Shown: piece by piece, positions 20,942 through 34,770 of the stretch
Layout of the letters: each line of letters starts with the position of its first letter
Numbering within the stretch: the first letter of the stretch is position 1
NCBI GenBank assembly: GCA_963806175.1
Contig: CAWDXA010000011.1
Location: forward strand, 1,170,782-1,234,781
DNA length: 64,000 nucleotides
Source of the DNA: an uncultured Chloroflexia bacterium
GTDB lineage: Bacteria; Chloroflexota; Limnocylindria; Limnocylindrales; CSP1-4
Reading direction: 5' to 3'
Program-made: the position numbers and the translations under genes
Notes under the pieces: model-generated
What the model saw: the letters and a program-made list of their open reading frames with translations, nothing else
Told to the model about the DNA's origin: nothing
Databases searched by the model: none

Positions 20942-22507
20942 CTACGCGGCTCGTTTGCCGGGTGTCGGCGCGGCCGGATCCGAGGCGCGCGCCAGGTCGG
21001 CGGGCTCGAGCGAACGCCAGTCCGCGCCGGACGTGATCGCCTCGTACCCGCGGGCGAGCCCGAGGAGCTCGGCTTCCGACCAGGCGGCGCCGATCAGCTG
21101 CAGCCCCACCGGCAGACCGTCGGCCAGGCCGCACGGCACCGACACGCCCGGGAGCCCCGCCATGTTGACGGGCAGCGTGCACGCATCGGACAGGTACATG
21201 GCGACCGGATCGTCCATCCGCGCCCCGAAGGGAAAGGCGACGGTCGGCGAGGTCGGGGCGACCAGCGCGTCGAAGCCCTGCGCCCAGAGCGCGTCGAAGT
21301 CACCCATGATCAGCGTCCGGACCTTCTGCGCCTTGAGGTAGTACGCGTCGTAGTAGCCCGCCGACAGCGCATAGGTTCCGAGCATGACCCGGCGCTTGAC
21401 CTCGTCGCCGAAACCGGCTCCGCGGGTCGCCAGGTAGTTGGCCAGCACGTCACCGTCGCGGCGCTGGAGCCCGAAGCGGATGCCGTCGTACCGCGCCAGG
21501 TTGGCCGAAGCCTCGGCCGGGGCCACGATGTAGTAGGTGGCCAGCCCGTAGTCCGTGTGCGGCAGGCTGACGTCCTCGACGGTCGCCCCGGCGGCCTCGA
21601 GCGCGGCCACGGCCTCGCGAACGCGGGCTTCGACGCCCGGTTCCATCCCGGCCACGAAGTACTCGCGCGGCATGCCGAGCCGCTTGCCGCGCAGGGTGGC
21701 GGCCGCCTGGTCATCGCTGGCGGGCAGGCTGCCGAGCGCCGCCGGCACGGGAATCGGCGAGGAGGTCGAGTCGCGATCGTCCCGGCCGGCAATGGCGTGC
21801 AGCAACGTCCCGGCGTCGCGGGCATCCCTTGCGAACGGCCCGATCTGGTCGAGCGAGCTGGCGAAGGCGACGATCCCGTAGCGGCTGACCCGGCCGTACG
21901 TCGGCTTCATCCCGACGACGCCGCACAGCGCCGCCGGCTGACGGATCGAGCCACCGGTATCGGTGCCGATCGAGAGGGGCGCGTGGAACGCGGCCACCGC
22001 GACGGCCGAGCCGCCGCTGCTCCCGCCCGGGACGCGGTCCAGCGCCCACGGGTTGGCCGTCGGACCGAACGCCGAATGCTCGGTCGAGGAGCCCATCGCG
22101 AATTCGTCCATGTTGGTCTTGCCGAGGATCACCGCCCCGGCCTCGCGCAGCCGTTCGGTGATGTGCGCGTCGTACGGCGCGCGGTAGCCCTCGAGGATCC
22201 GCGACCCGGCGGTGCACTGGCCGCCCGCCACCGAGACGAGGTCCTTCAGGGCGACCGGGATGCCCAGCAGGGCCGGCAGCCGGCGGAGCGCCGACCCGCC
22301 TTCCGAGCGGGCGGCCCCGATCCTCGCGTCCGCCGCGTCGGCCTCCTCGAGCGCCCGCGCCCGGTCGATCGTCAGCCACGCGTGCAACGCCCGATTGTCG
22401 CGCTCCGCGGCGGCCAGGTGGGCCTCGGTCAAGTCGCGCGCCGACACGTCGCCCGAGCGCAGCAGCGCGGCCATCTCGTGGGCGTGGAGCCGGGTCGGGT
22501 TCGCCAC
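20942..22507 (-). CDS. gatA: Amidotransferase subunit A
   Basis: ALKD; GKTNMDEFAMGSSTE; PGGSSGGSA; GTDTGGSIRQPA; ANLARYDG; GYYDAYY. Confidence 0.98.
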   Translation of the reverse strand: MANPTRLHAHEMAALLRSGDVSARDLTEAHLAAAERDNRALHAWLTIDRARALEEADAADARIGAARSEGGSALRRLPALLGIPVALKDLVSVAGGQCTAGSRILEGYRAPYDAHITERLREAGAVILGKTNMDEFAMGSSTEHSAFGPTANPWALDRVPGGSSGGSAVAVAAFHAPLSIGTDTGGSIRQPAALCGVVGMKPTYGRVSRYGIVAFASSLDQIGPFARDARDAGTLLHAIAGRDDRDSTSSPIPVPAALGSLPASDDQAAATLRGKRLGMPREYFVAGMEPGVEARVREAVAALEAAGATVEDVSLPHTDYGLATYYIVAPAEASANLARYDGIRFGLQRRDGDVLANYLATRGAGFGDEVKRRVMLGTYALSAGYYDAYYLKAQKVRTLIMGDFDALWAQGFDALVAPTSPTVAFPFGARMDDPVAMYLSDACTLPVNMAGLPGVSVPCGLADGLPVGLQLIGAAWSEAELLGLARGYEAITSGADWRSLEPADLARASDPAAPTPGKRAA

Positions 22508-22512
22508 GGTCG

Positions 22513-22809
22513 TCAGCGCTCGTCGAGGATGGCCGGCACGACGATGAAGTCGCCGTCGTGGGCGGGCGCGATCGCCAGCACGGCCGAGGTCGGGAGCGAG
22601 GGACGCACGACGTCCTCGCGCAGGATGTTCTCGAGCTTGATCGTCTGGGCCGTCGGGGCGATGTGGTCCGTGGCGAGCTCGGACAGGATCTCGTACTGGC
22701 GGAGGATGTGGTTGAGCTGGCCCTCGAAGGTGCTCAGCTCCGCCTCGCTCAGCCCGAGCCGCGCCAGGTGCGCGACGTGCTCGACATCGGAACGGGACAG
22801 GCTGGCCAT
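22513..22809 (-). CDS. gatC: Amidotransferase subunit C
   Basis: C-terminal part of ORF 22513..23685: MASLSRSDVEHVAHLARLGL...LREDVV...VPAIL. Confidence 0.95.
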   Translation of the reverse strand: MASLSRSDVEHVAHLARLGLSEAELSTFEGQLNHILRQYEILSELATDHIAPTAQTIKLENILREDVVRPSLPTSAVLAIAPAHDGDFIVVPAILDER

Positions 22810-22866
22810 CGGCCGATGATAGCCGACGGGCCCACCCGGTTCGTGCGCGACCGATACGATCGCGGC

Positions 22867-23716
22867 ATGCACCTGCCGCGGATCCGCCGGATGACCCTCG
22901 CCGACGTCGACCGCACGTCCGACGCGATGCTTCGCGAGGGCTGGGGCGACCGGCGCGTCAAGCTGCGCTTCGTGGCCGGGCACCCCCAGTGCGCTCCGTT
23001 GATCGCCGAGGTGGACGGCGCGGTCGTCGGGACCGGGGTCGGCACGTTCAACGGGCCGGTCGGCTGGATCGGCACGATCTGGGTCGATCCCGACTGGCGG
23101 CGTCGGGGACTCGGCCGCGCCCTGACGCTGGCCACGATCGAGGCCGGCGAGGCCGCCGGGTGCCGGACCTTCGTCCTGGTCGCCACCACGGTCGGCCAGC
23201 CGCTCTACGAGGGCCTCGGGTTCGACGTCCAGACGTGGTACCGGATCAAGGAGGCGCCCGGGCTCGCGCCCGGTATCGCGATCGCCGCCGACAGCCGGCC
23301 CGGACGTCCGTTCCGGCCGGCCGACCTGCCGGCCATGGCGGCGCTCGACCGTGCCGCGACCGGCGAGGATCGCCGGCACCTGCTGGAGGCCTTCGCCGGC
23401 CCGGAGACGGCCCTGTGCGTGGAACGGCCGGACGGCAGTCTCGGCGGGTTCGTCGTCCGCGCGCCGTGGGGCGGCGGGGCGACGATCGCGCCCGATCCGC
23501 GACGATGCGATGGCCGTGCTGACGGCCCGACGGCTCGCCGCCGGGCCGGAGAAGCGCGTGCGGGCCGGCCTGCTCGCCGACAACGTGGCCGGCCTCGAAC
23601 GCCTGGCCGCCGCCGGCTGGGTCGACGTCTGGCAGGCGCCGCGAATGATCCGCGGACCGATCCCCGACTGGGACCCGGGCGCCATCTGGGGCCAGTTCGA
23701 TCACGCGATCGGCTGA
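22867..23716 (+). CDS. GNAT family N-acetyltransferase (YitH-like, two-domain); frameshift near 23500
   Basis: IWVDPDWRRRGLGRAL; LVAT..GQPLYEGLGF; DRAATGEDR. Confidence 0.85.
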
Positions 23717-23850
23717 TCCCGACCGGGTTCGAACGAAAGTCCCTGCCTGCTCCCGGCTCGCCCGGTCCGATGGGGCCATGGCCGTCGCGAGGCCGCTCGC
23801 GGCATCCTGTACGCACGAGTCCTCAAGCAGCGACGGGGAGCCGCGGAACG

Positions 23851-26504
<2,654 letters not shown>

Positions 26505-26735
26505 CTAGGTCCCGGGCGCCCGCACGCACGCCCGGGTGATGTCGCCCGGCGTGGGCGTCCCGAGGAGGGCCAGTGCGATCTCGAACTCCTCGCGCAGGAT
26601 CGCGAGGGCCCGCTCCACCCCGGCCTGGCCGCCTGCCGCCAGCGTGACGGCCGCCAGCGCACGCGGATCGGGCGGGAGATCCCGGGCCAGCAGGAGCGAC
26701 CTCGGTTCGAGGAGCGGGTCGGGGAGCCTGGTCAC
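26505..26735 (-). CDS. Small protein resembling only the C-terminus of FMN-dependent alpha-hydroxy-acid oxidases (fragment or microprotein)
   Basis: [28 protein letters not shown]...DITR; fills the pcrA-ligA gap with 10-nt and 4-nt spacers. Confidence 0.6.
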   Translation of the reverse strand: MTRLPDPLLEPRSLLLARDLPPDPRALAAVTLAAGGQAGVERALAILREEFEIALALLGTPTPGDITRACVRAPGT

Positions 26736-26745
26736 GGCCGTCAGC

Positions 26746-29418
26746 CTAGCCGACGATGTCGAGGTTCGCGAGGCTGCCGAGCATCGTCTTGCGGCCCACG
26801 GCGGGGTCCTTGAACGCCACGGTGACCTCTTCGTCGCTGCGCGTCAGCTTGCTCGTGACCACGATCCCGTCACCCCAGCGAGCGTGGCGCACGCGGTCGC
26901 CATCGCGATAGCGGCGCTCCCCCGGGATGACCGGGCGCGGCGTCCGGACGGGCGCGGCGGGGGGCCGGCCCGCGGTCGCGGGATCCAGGTCGTCGTCCCA
27001 GGCCCGGACCGGCCGGCCGAGCGAACCCGAGGGCGCCCCCTCGGCGAACGCCTCGCGCCTGGCGGCGAGATCGCGGCTCGGCCGGAAGGTCTCGCCCTCG
27101 GCCGGCGCGCCCGGCCGTCCACTCCCCTGCCGAAACGCCGCGCCGCCGGCCCTGGCCGGCGTGCCGAAGCGGCTCGTCCGGCGCGCGCCGAAGACCAGGT
27201 CGAGATCGAGGTCGCGCTCGTCCGCGCCGCCGAGCTGCGGGCCGATCATCAGCTCGGCCGGGATCTCGAGCAGGAACCGCGACGGCACGGACGCCTGGCC
27301 CATCCCCCACGTCGCGCGCCGCCAGGCATGCGACAGGTAGAGCCGGCGCTTGGCGCGGGTGATCCCGACGTACGCCAGCCGGCGCTCCTCCTCGAGCTCC
27401 TTCTCGTCGTCGAGCGCCCGGCTGTGCGGGAAGAGTCCCTCCTCGAGCCCACAGATGAACACGACCGGGAACTCGAGGCCCTTCGCGGCGTGCAGGGTGA
27501 TGAGGGTCACCGCGTCGGCGTCGCCCTCGTAGGAATCCTGGTCGGCGACCAGGGCCGTCTCCTCGAGCAGGCGGTCGAGCGCGTCGTCGGGCGCGAGATC
27601 GTCGTAGCGGGTCGTGACCGAGCGCAGCTCGAGCAGGTTGGCCCAGCGCTCCTCGCCGTCCTCGGAGCCGTCGGCCAGCATCGCCCGGTAGCCAGAAGCT
27701 TCCAGCGCTTCGTCCAGGAGCTCGGGCAGGGCCAGCACGCCGATCCGCCCTCGCAGCCGTTGCACGAGGGCCGTGAACTCCGCCAGGGCGTTGCGCGTGC
27801 GCGGCGCGATCCCCTCGAGCTCCCCCCGGGCCGCGGTCTCGATCGCCGTCCAGGTCGTTCCGCCCTCGCGCGCCGCCGCCGCCCGGAGGACCTCGATCGT
27901 CCGCTCTCCGATCCCCCGGGCCGGCACGTTGATGATCCGCTCGAAGCTGACGCTGTCGGTGTCCGACCGCAGGATGCGCAGGTAGGCCAGCGCGTCCTTG
28001 ACCTCGCGGCGGGCGTAGAACCGGGTCCCGCCGACGAGCTGGTAGCGGATCCCGTAGCGCAGGAACGACTCCTCGAGGGCTCGCGATTGCGCGTTCATCC
28101 GATACATGACCGCGATCTCCCGGGCCCGGAAGCGGACGTCCTCCTCGTCGGCGCGGCGGGTCAGGGCGTTCGAGCGGCCGCCGACCAGGTGCTCGACCTG
28201 GCGGGCAATCCATTCGGCCTCCTCGTCCTCGTTGTACGCCTCGAAGCGCTGGATCCGGACCCCGCCGGTGTTCTCGGTCCACAGCTTCTTGTCCTTGCGC
28301 GCGCTGTTGCGCGAGACCACCGCATGGGCGGCATCGAGGATCAGCTGGGTCGAGCGGTAGTTCTGCTCGAGCTTGACGACCGCCGTGTCCGGCCAGTCGC
28401 GCTCGAAGTCGAGGATGTTCCTGAGGTCGGCGCCGCGCCACGAGTAGATCGACTGGTCGTCGTCGCCCACCACGCACAGGTTGTGGTGCTTCGCGGCCAG
28501 CGCCCGGACCCACAGGTACTGCGCCCGGTTCGTGTCCTGGTACTCGTCGACGTGGAGGTAGCGCCAGCGCTCCTGGTACCTGGCCAGCACGTCGGGCGCC
28601 TCGTCGAACAGGCGGACGGCCTCCAGCAGCAGGTCGTCGAAGTCGAGCGCCTGGGCCTTGCGCAGGCGTTCGCGATAGCGCGTCGCGAGCCGCGCGATCA
28701 GGCGTTCGCGGTGGTTCGCCGCGTGCTCGGACAGGAACGTCGGGTCGAGCATCTCGTTCTTCGCCCGGCTGATCGCCCCGAGCACCACGCTGGGACGGAA
28801 CTCGCCGGTCAGCGGCAGGTCCTCCTCGCGCAGGATCTGCTTCATCAGCGACTGCTGGTCGTCCGTGTCGTAGATCACGAAGCGGCGGCTGATCCCGATC
28901 GCCTCGCCGTCCTGGCGCAGGACGCGGGCGCACAGCGCGTGGAACGTGCCGGCCATCACGTCGCGGCCGCCCTCGCCGACCAGGCTGATGATCCGCTCGC
29001 GCAGCTCGGCGGCCGCCCGGTTGGTGAAGGTGACCGCCAGGATCCGCCACGGGGCGACGTCCCGGACGCCGACCAGGTAGGCGATCCGGTGGGCCAGGAC
29101 GCGCGTCTTGCCCGAGCCGGCGCCGGCCAGGATCAGCAGCGGCCCCTCCGTGGTCGTGACGGCCCGCGCCTGTTCCGGGTTGAGCGCCCGGACGATCTGC
29201 TCGGTGCGAGCGGCACGAGCCGCGGCCAGGGCGACCGGATCCGGCCGGGTGCGGACGGCCGGATCCTCCTCGACCGGACCGGCCGGGTCGCGCATCCAGG
29301 CCGGCTCCTCCGGTGCGCCGGCAGGAGCGTCGACGAGCTCGGTGAAGGCCGTGCCGGCGGTCTCGGGAGCAGCGTCGAGCGAGCTGTCGCCGGAGTGCCT
29401 GCGTCGGGTGGGACTCAC
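26746..29418 (-). CDS. pcrA: ATP-dependent DNA helicase PcrA/UvrD
   Basis: LAGAGSGKT; TFTNRAA; VDEYQDTN; VGDDDQSIY; LEQNYRS; TLHAAKGLEF; EEERRLAYV; C-terminal Tudor-like domain. Confidence 0.97.
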   Translation of the reverse strand: MSPTRRRHSGDSSLDAAPETAGTAFTELVDAPAGAPEEPAWMRDPAGPVEEDPAVRTRPDPVALAAARAARTEQIVRALNPEQARAVTTTEGPLLILAGAGSGKTRVLAHRIAYLVGVRDVAPWRILAVTFTNRAAAELRERIISLVGEGGRDVMAGTFHALCARVLRQDGEAIGISRRFVIYDTDDQQSLMKQILREEDLPLTGEFRPSVVLGAISRAKNEMLDPTFLSEHAANHRERLIARLATRYRERLRKAQALDFDDLLLEAVRLFDEAPDVLARYQERWRYLHVDEYQDTNRAQYLWVRALAAKHHNLCVVGDDDQSIYSWRGADLRNILDFERDWPDTAVVKLEQNYRSTQLILDAAHAVVSRNSARKDKKLWTENTGGVRIQRFEAYNEDEEAEWIARQVEHLVGGRSNALTRRADEEDVRFRAREIAVMYRMNAQSRALEESFLRYGIRYQLVGGTRFYARREVKDALAYLRILRSDTDSVSFERIINVPARGIGERTIEVLRAAAAREGGTTWTAIETAARGELEGIAPRTRNALAEFTALVQRLRGRIGVLALPELLDEALEASGYRAMLADGSEDGEERWANLLELRSVTTRYDDLAPDDALDRLLEETALVADQDSYEGDADAVTLITLHAAKGLEFPVVFICGLEEGLFPHSRALDDEKELEEERRLAYVGITRAKRRLYLSHAWRRATWGMGQASVPSRFLLEIPAELMIGPQLGGADERDLDLDLVFGARRTSRFGTPARAGGAAFRQGSGRPGAPAEGETFRPSRDLAARREAFAEGAPSGSLGRPVRAWDDDLDPATAGRPPAAPVRTPRPVIPGERRYRDGDRVRHARWGDGIVVTSKLTRSDEEVTVAFKDPAVGRKTMLGSLANLDIVG

Positions 29419-29476
29419 CCACGCATTGTAGGTTGGGCCGCTCTCCGGGCGGCCAACCGGGTGGTCGGGCGAGCGA

Positions 29477-30274
29477 CTAGGAGGCCGGCTCGACCTGGTC
29501 GGCCGGCGGGGCGCTGATCGACACCGACTCGTCCCACTTGGAGAACGTGAGGTCGAAGGTCAGCGAGCCCTGGTCGCCCATCGAGGCGCTCGCCGCGAGA
29601 CCGGCCAGCCGGTTGCTGTCCTTCTCGACCCGGATGGTCAGGCTGAGGCTCGCGGTCCCGAGGTCGATCGGGATCTGGCTGGCGACCGCTCCGCCGCCCC
29701 CGAGGGCGTTGAGCTCGTCGGGCGTGATCTCGATCTTGACCGTGTAGCACTGCGTGCTGCCGCAGGCCACGTCATCGCCCTTGACCGGATCCACGCCCGG
29801 CTGCGAGAGGGCCTCGCCGATGCCGTCCACGAGGCTCTTGCTGTCGGTCGGGTTGACGGGGAGCGAATCCGCGGTCTTCATGCTCTGGAACTTGTCGCCG
29901 GTCAGGGACGACTTGAAATAGGTCGTGCCGTCGACCTGGATCAGTTCGCCGGACAGCCCGAGCAATGCGGGCACGGCGAAGGTGGCGTGGGCGTTCCCGG
30001 CCGTCAGGTCGACGTCGGCCGCGGCCGTCGATCCGGCCAGGGACATGGCGGCGTTGGACCCGCCGGCGCCGCTGAGGTCGGCCTTGATGCTGCCGTCCAG
30101 CGTCGCATCGACGTGGACGCTCTTGGCCGACTGGGCCGTGCGCACGGCGGCAGTCACGATCTCCTTCGGGTCGGTCAGGGCCGGAGCCGAGGCGGAACTG
30201 CAGGCGCTGACGACGATCGACGCGGCGGCCAGCAGGCCGAGCACACGGGCGATGCGACGGGTGGTTGGTGACAT
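29477..30274 (-). CDS. LppX/LprAFG-like lipoprotein
   Basis: ATG at 30274; lipobox VSAC; KSVHV; C-terminal FSKWDESVSISAPPADQV. Confidence 0.75.
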   Translation of the reverse strand: MSPTTRRIARVLGLLAAASIVVSACSSASAPALTDPKEIVTAAVRTAQSAKSVHVDATLDGSIKADLSGAGGSNAAMSLAGSTAAADVDLTAGNAHATFAVPALLGLSGELIQVDGTTYFKSSLTGDKFQSMKTADSLPVNPTDSKSLVDGIGEALSQPGVDPVKGDDVACGSTQCYTVKIEITPDELNALGGGGAVASQIPIDLGTASLSLTIRVEKDSNRLAGLAASASMGDQGSLTFDLTFSKWDESVSISAPPADQVEPAS

Positions 30275-30363
30275 CAGGCTCCCTCGGGCTGCCCGGGCGG
30301 TGGTCCGACCGGGATGATGGATGCGCACAGGGTCCGTTCGTCGGCTGGGTCTGTCAAATAGAC

Positions 30364-30390
30364 GAGCTGGCCCTCGGTGAGGACCAGCTC
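30364..30390 (-). terminator. Hairpin terminator after Flp pilin 1 (copy 1 of a duplicated element)
   Basis: gagctggccctcggtgaggaccagctc, followed on the minus strand by gtctatttg. Confidence 0.75.
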
Positions 30391-30410
30391 CTGCGTGACG
30401 TGCGCCCGTG

Positions 30411-30785
30411 TCAGGCGCAATGGGCGGGCTTTGGCTTCGTGATCCAGGCGTAGCCGGCGGCAGCGCACGTCTTCTTGGTCGTGTAGGCGGAGGCCGGCGT
30501 CCTGGTCGGGGTCGGCATCGGCGTGGGGACGACGGTCGGCGTTGGCGTGGGGACGACGGTCGGCTGCGGGCCGGGCCCGCCGGCCTCAGCGGCTACCGAA
30601 CCCTCGAGGCGATCGCCGATCGAAGACAAGGTGCCGTTGATCTGTCCGCCGAGGTACGAGGTTGCGCCGATCGCCAATACTGCGACCAGCGCAAGGATGA
30701 GTGCGTATTCCCCCAGCCCTTGTCCGGTTTCCGATGGCCGATGGATTTGAGACCCGACGCTAGCGCGCCTGACGGGCCCATGCAT
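30411..30785 (-). CDS. Flp (type IVc) pilin with Pro/Thr linker and C-terminal Cys/Trp module
   Basis: G|QGLGEYALILALVAVLAIGA..LG..I Flp motif; PTVVPTPT repeats; terminal YTTKKTCAAAGYAWITKPKPAHCA. Start codon uncertain. Confidence 0.85.
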   Translation of the reverse strand: MHGPVRRASVGSQIHRPSETGQGLGEYALILALVAVLAIGATSYLGGQINGTLSSIGDRLEGSVAAEAGGPGPQPTVVPTPTPTVVPTPMPTPTRTPASAYTTKKTCAAAGYAWITKPKPAHCA

Positions 30786-30887
30786 AGGCGATGCCCCCGT
30801 GCGGATGATTGCCCCGCCGACGATAGGCATGCACGACCCGTGTCGCCACGGTACGGAAGTCCCGGGTCCCACCGGGGACAAATGAAT

Positions 30888-30914
30888 GAGCTGGCCCTCG
30901 GTGAGGGCCAGCTC
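30888..30914 (-). terminator. Hairpin terminator after Flp pilin 2 (copy 2)
   Basis: gagctggccctcggtgagggccagctc, 26/27 identical to copy 1; minus-strand tail attcatttg. Confidence 0.75.
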
Positions 30915-30968
30915 ATGGTCGGTCTGAGTCCGAGCTGCGATGGCGTCCTACGCGACTGCGCCAGATTA

Positions 30969-31657
30969 CTAGCGACCAGTCCGCAGGCGCGTGCCATCGT
31001 GCCAGTGGCCGTGTCCCAGTACCCGTGGAGGCGGTCGTAGCTCAGGTGTACGGCGTGCCACGTCGGCGTCCCAGTGCCACGTCGGCTGGGCTCGGCGTAG
31101 GCTGAGGACTGCCAGGCGGATGCCGCTGTCAGGTGTCGGCGTCCGAAGCGATCGGCGTCGGCGGGGCGGTTGGCTGCGGGCTGCTGTGCAGTCGCGTTGT
31201 ACCAAAGAAGCCGCAGCGGTGCAGGACCGGCTGAATGGAAGTCGTTCGCACTGGCGGGCACTGCTGTGGCAGTCGCCGTTGTACCAATAGAAGCCGGCAG
31301 CCGTGCAGGACGCGTGCTGTTGAAGTCCTGCGCACTCGGAGCCGCGCAGTAGTCGGGACCGTGGTGGCTATCGTGCCAGATGAAGCCAGCCCCTTGGCAC
31401 GAACTCTGATCGGTGAAGTCGCCAGGCTGCGCAACGGGGCCTGGACCGGGACCGCCCTGGACACCCAGGACGTTGCCGGCGGCTGTTCCGACGTTGGACA
31501 GCACGCCCTTGATCTGGCCACCGAGATACGTGGTTGCCCCGATCGCCAATACTGCGATCAAGGCAATGATGAGTGCGTATTCAACGAGTCCTGCGCCGGT
31601 TTCGAAGAAGCGGCGAGGTCTGGTCTTGGCGCTCGATCTCCTGAGTCGACGGTACAT
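30969..31657 (-). CDS. Flp pilin with repeated Cys/Trp modules (multiple apparent indels; error or pseudogene)
   Basis: RBS GGAGG, ATG at 31657; G|AGLVEYALIIALIAVLAIGA; SCQGAGFIW..YC, then SCTAAGFYWYNGDCHSS repeats read across frames; TAG TAA stops at 30966-30971. Confidence 0.75.
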
Positions 31658-31794
31658 GGGCTTCCCTCCATGCAGTGATGGGCCTGGATCGAGCCACACT
31701 ACTCTGGCGGACCCCGTACCTCAAGGCTAGTACGAAAGTTTCTGAGAACTCCGGTGCCAGCCGACACCGGATGGGCCTGACGCGCGGCAAACGA

Positions 31795-31825
31795 GAAGGG
31801 CCCCCGGTCGAGCCGGGGGCCCTTC
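31795..31825 (-). terminator. Intrinsic terminator of groESL
   Basis: gaagggcccccgg-tcgag-ccgggggcccttc. Confidence 0.85.
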
Positions 31826-31850
31826 GCAGGTGTTGCGGACCGGGATCGGA

Positions 31851-34090
<2,240 letters not shown>

Positions 34091-34094
<4 letters not shown>

Positions 34095-34770
34095 CCCGCC
34101 CGCGCTTCGGCGTGGGCGATCATGACGGTCACGTCGTTGCCGGCACGGACGAGCGTGACGCAGCCGGGCCCGTCGTACCCCACGTACCAGCCGACGATCC
34201 CCTCCGAGGCATCGAACTGGATCGCCTCTCGAAGAGCGGGCAGTTGGGGTTTCAGGTCGGTCGGGCCGCGGTAGGTCGCCTCGCCGGACTCGTTGGCGAT
34301 GGTCATGCCGCTGAACCTGAGCTGGACGGCGTGCCGGCCGAGCAACGGGAACTCCTGGCCGCTCCCGGCGAAGCTGAACGGCGGTCGCGCCGCGGTCAGC
34401 GCGCCCTGCGGCGGGCCACCCGGGCCGGGCGCCGACCCCGTGGCGAACACGAAGGTGAGCAGGTCGTGGGTCGTCGTCGACGAGACCGAGACGTCGACCA
34501 GGCGATCGGACGGCAACACCCCGGCCTGCTCGGTCACGGAACAGGCGGCGGGCGATCCGGACGGCGAGACCGCGGCCGCCTCGGAGGGCGTGGCCGCGGG
34601 AACCTCGGACGACGAGGCCGTCGCTGCCGAAGCCGGCGCGCCGAAGCGGACGTTGACGCCACGACCTGGTCGGGGCTTCTGGACGGCCCAGGGCTCGGGG
34701 CGCAGGCTCCGAGCGTGAGCCCCAGCGCCACCGACGCGACGAGCGACGTGGCGCGTTGCGATCGGGTCAC
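34091..34770 (-). CDS. Lipoprotein with AMIN-like C-terminal domain (frameshift near 34640)
   Basis: GTG overlapping the tatD stop; lipobox LGAC; Ser/Ala/Pro linker; DLLTFVF...GSG...EGIVGWYVG. Confidence 0.65.

Noticed and set aside
30364-30914. Duplicated hairpins as CRISPR repeats or integron attC sites
   Set aside because: Only two copies 524 bp apart, no cas or integrase gene, no GTTRRRY cores; position and tails fit terminators.
31170-31340. Pilin repeats as a DGR template/variable pair
   Set aside because: Differences are not adenine-specific and no reverse transcriptase is in the window.
31660-31790. c-di-GMP riboswitch upstream of the pilins
   Set aside because: No GEMM-I (GGCAAA...GACGCAAAG) or class II consensus visible on the coding strand; only a simple hairpin at 31750-31771.
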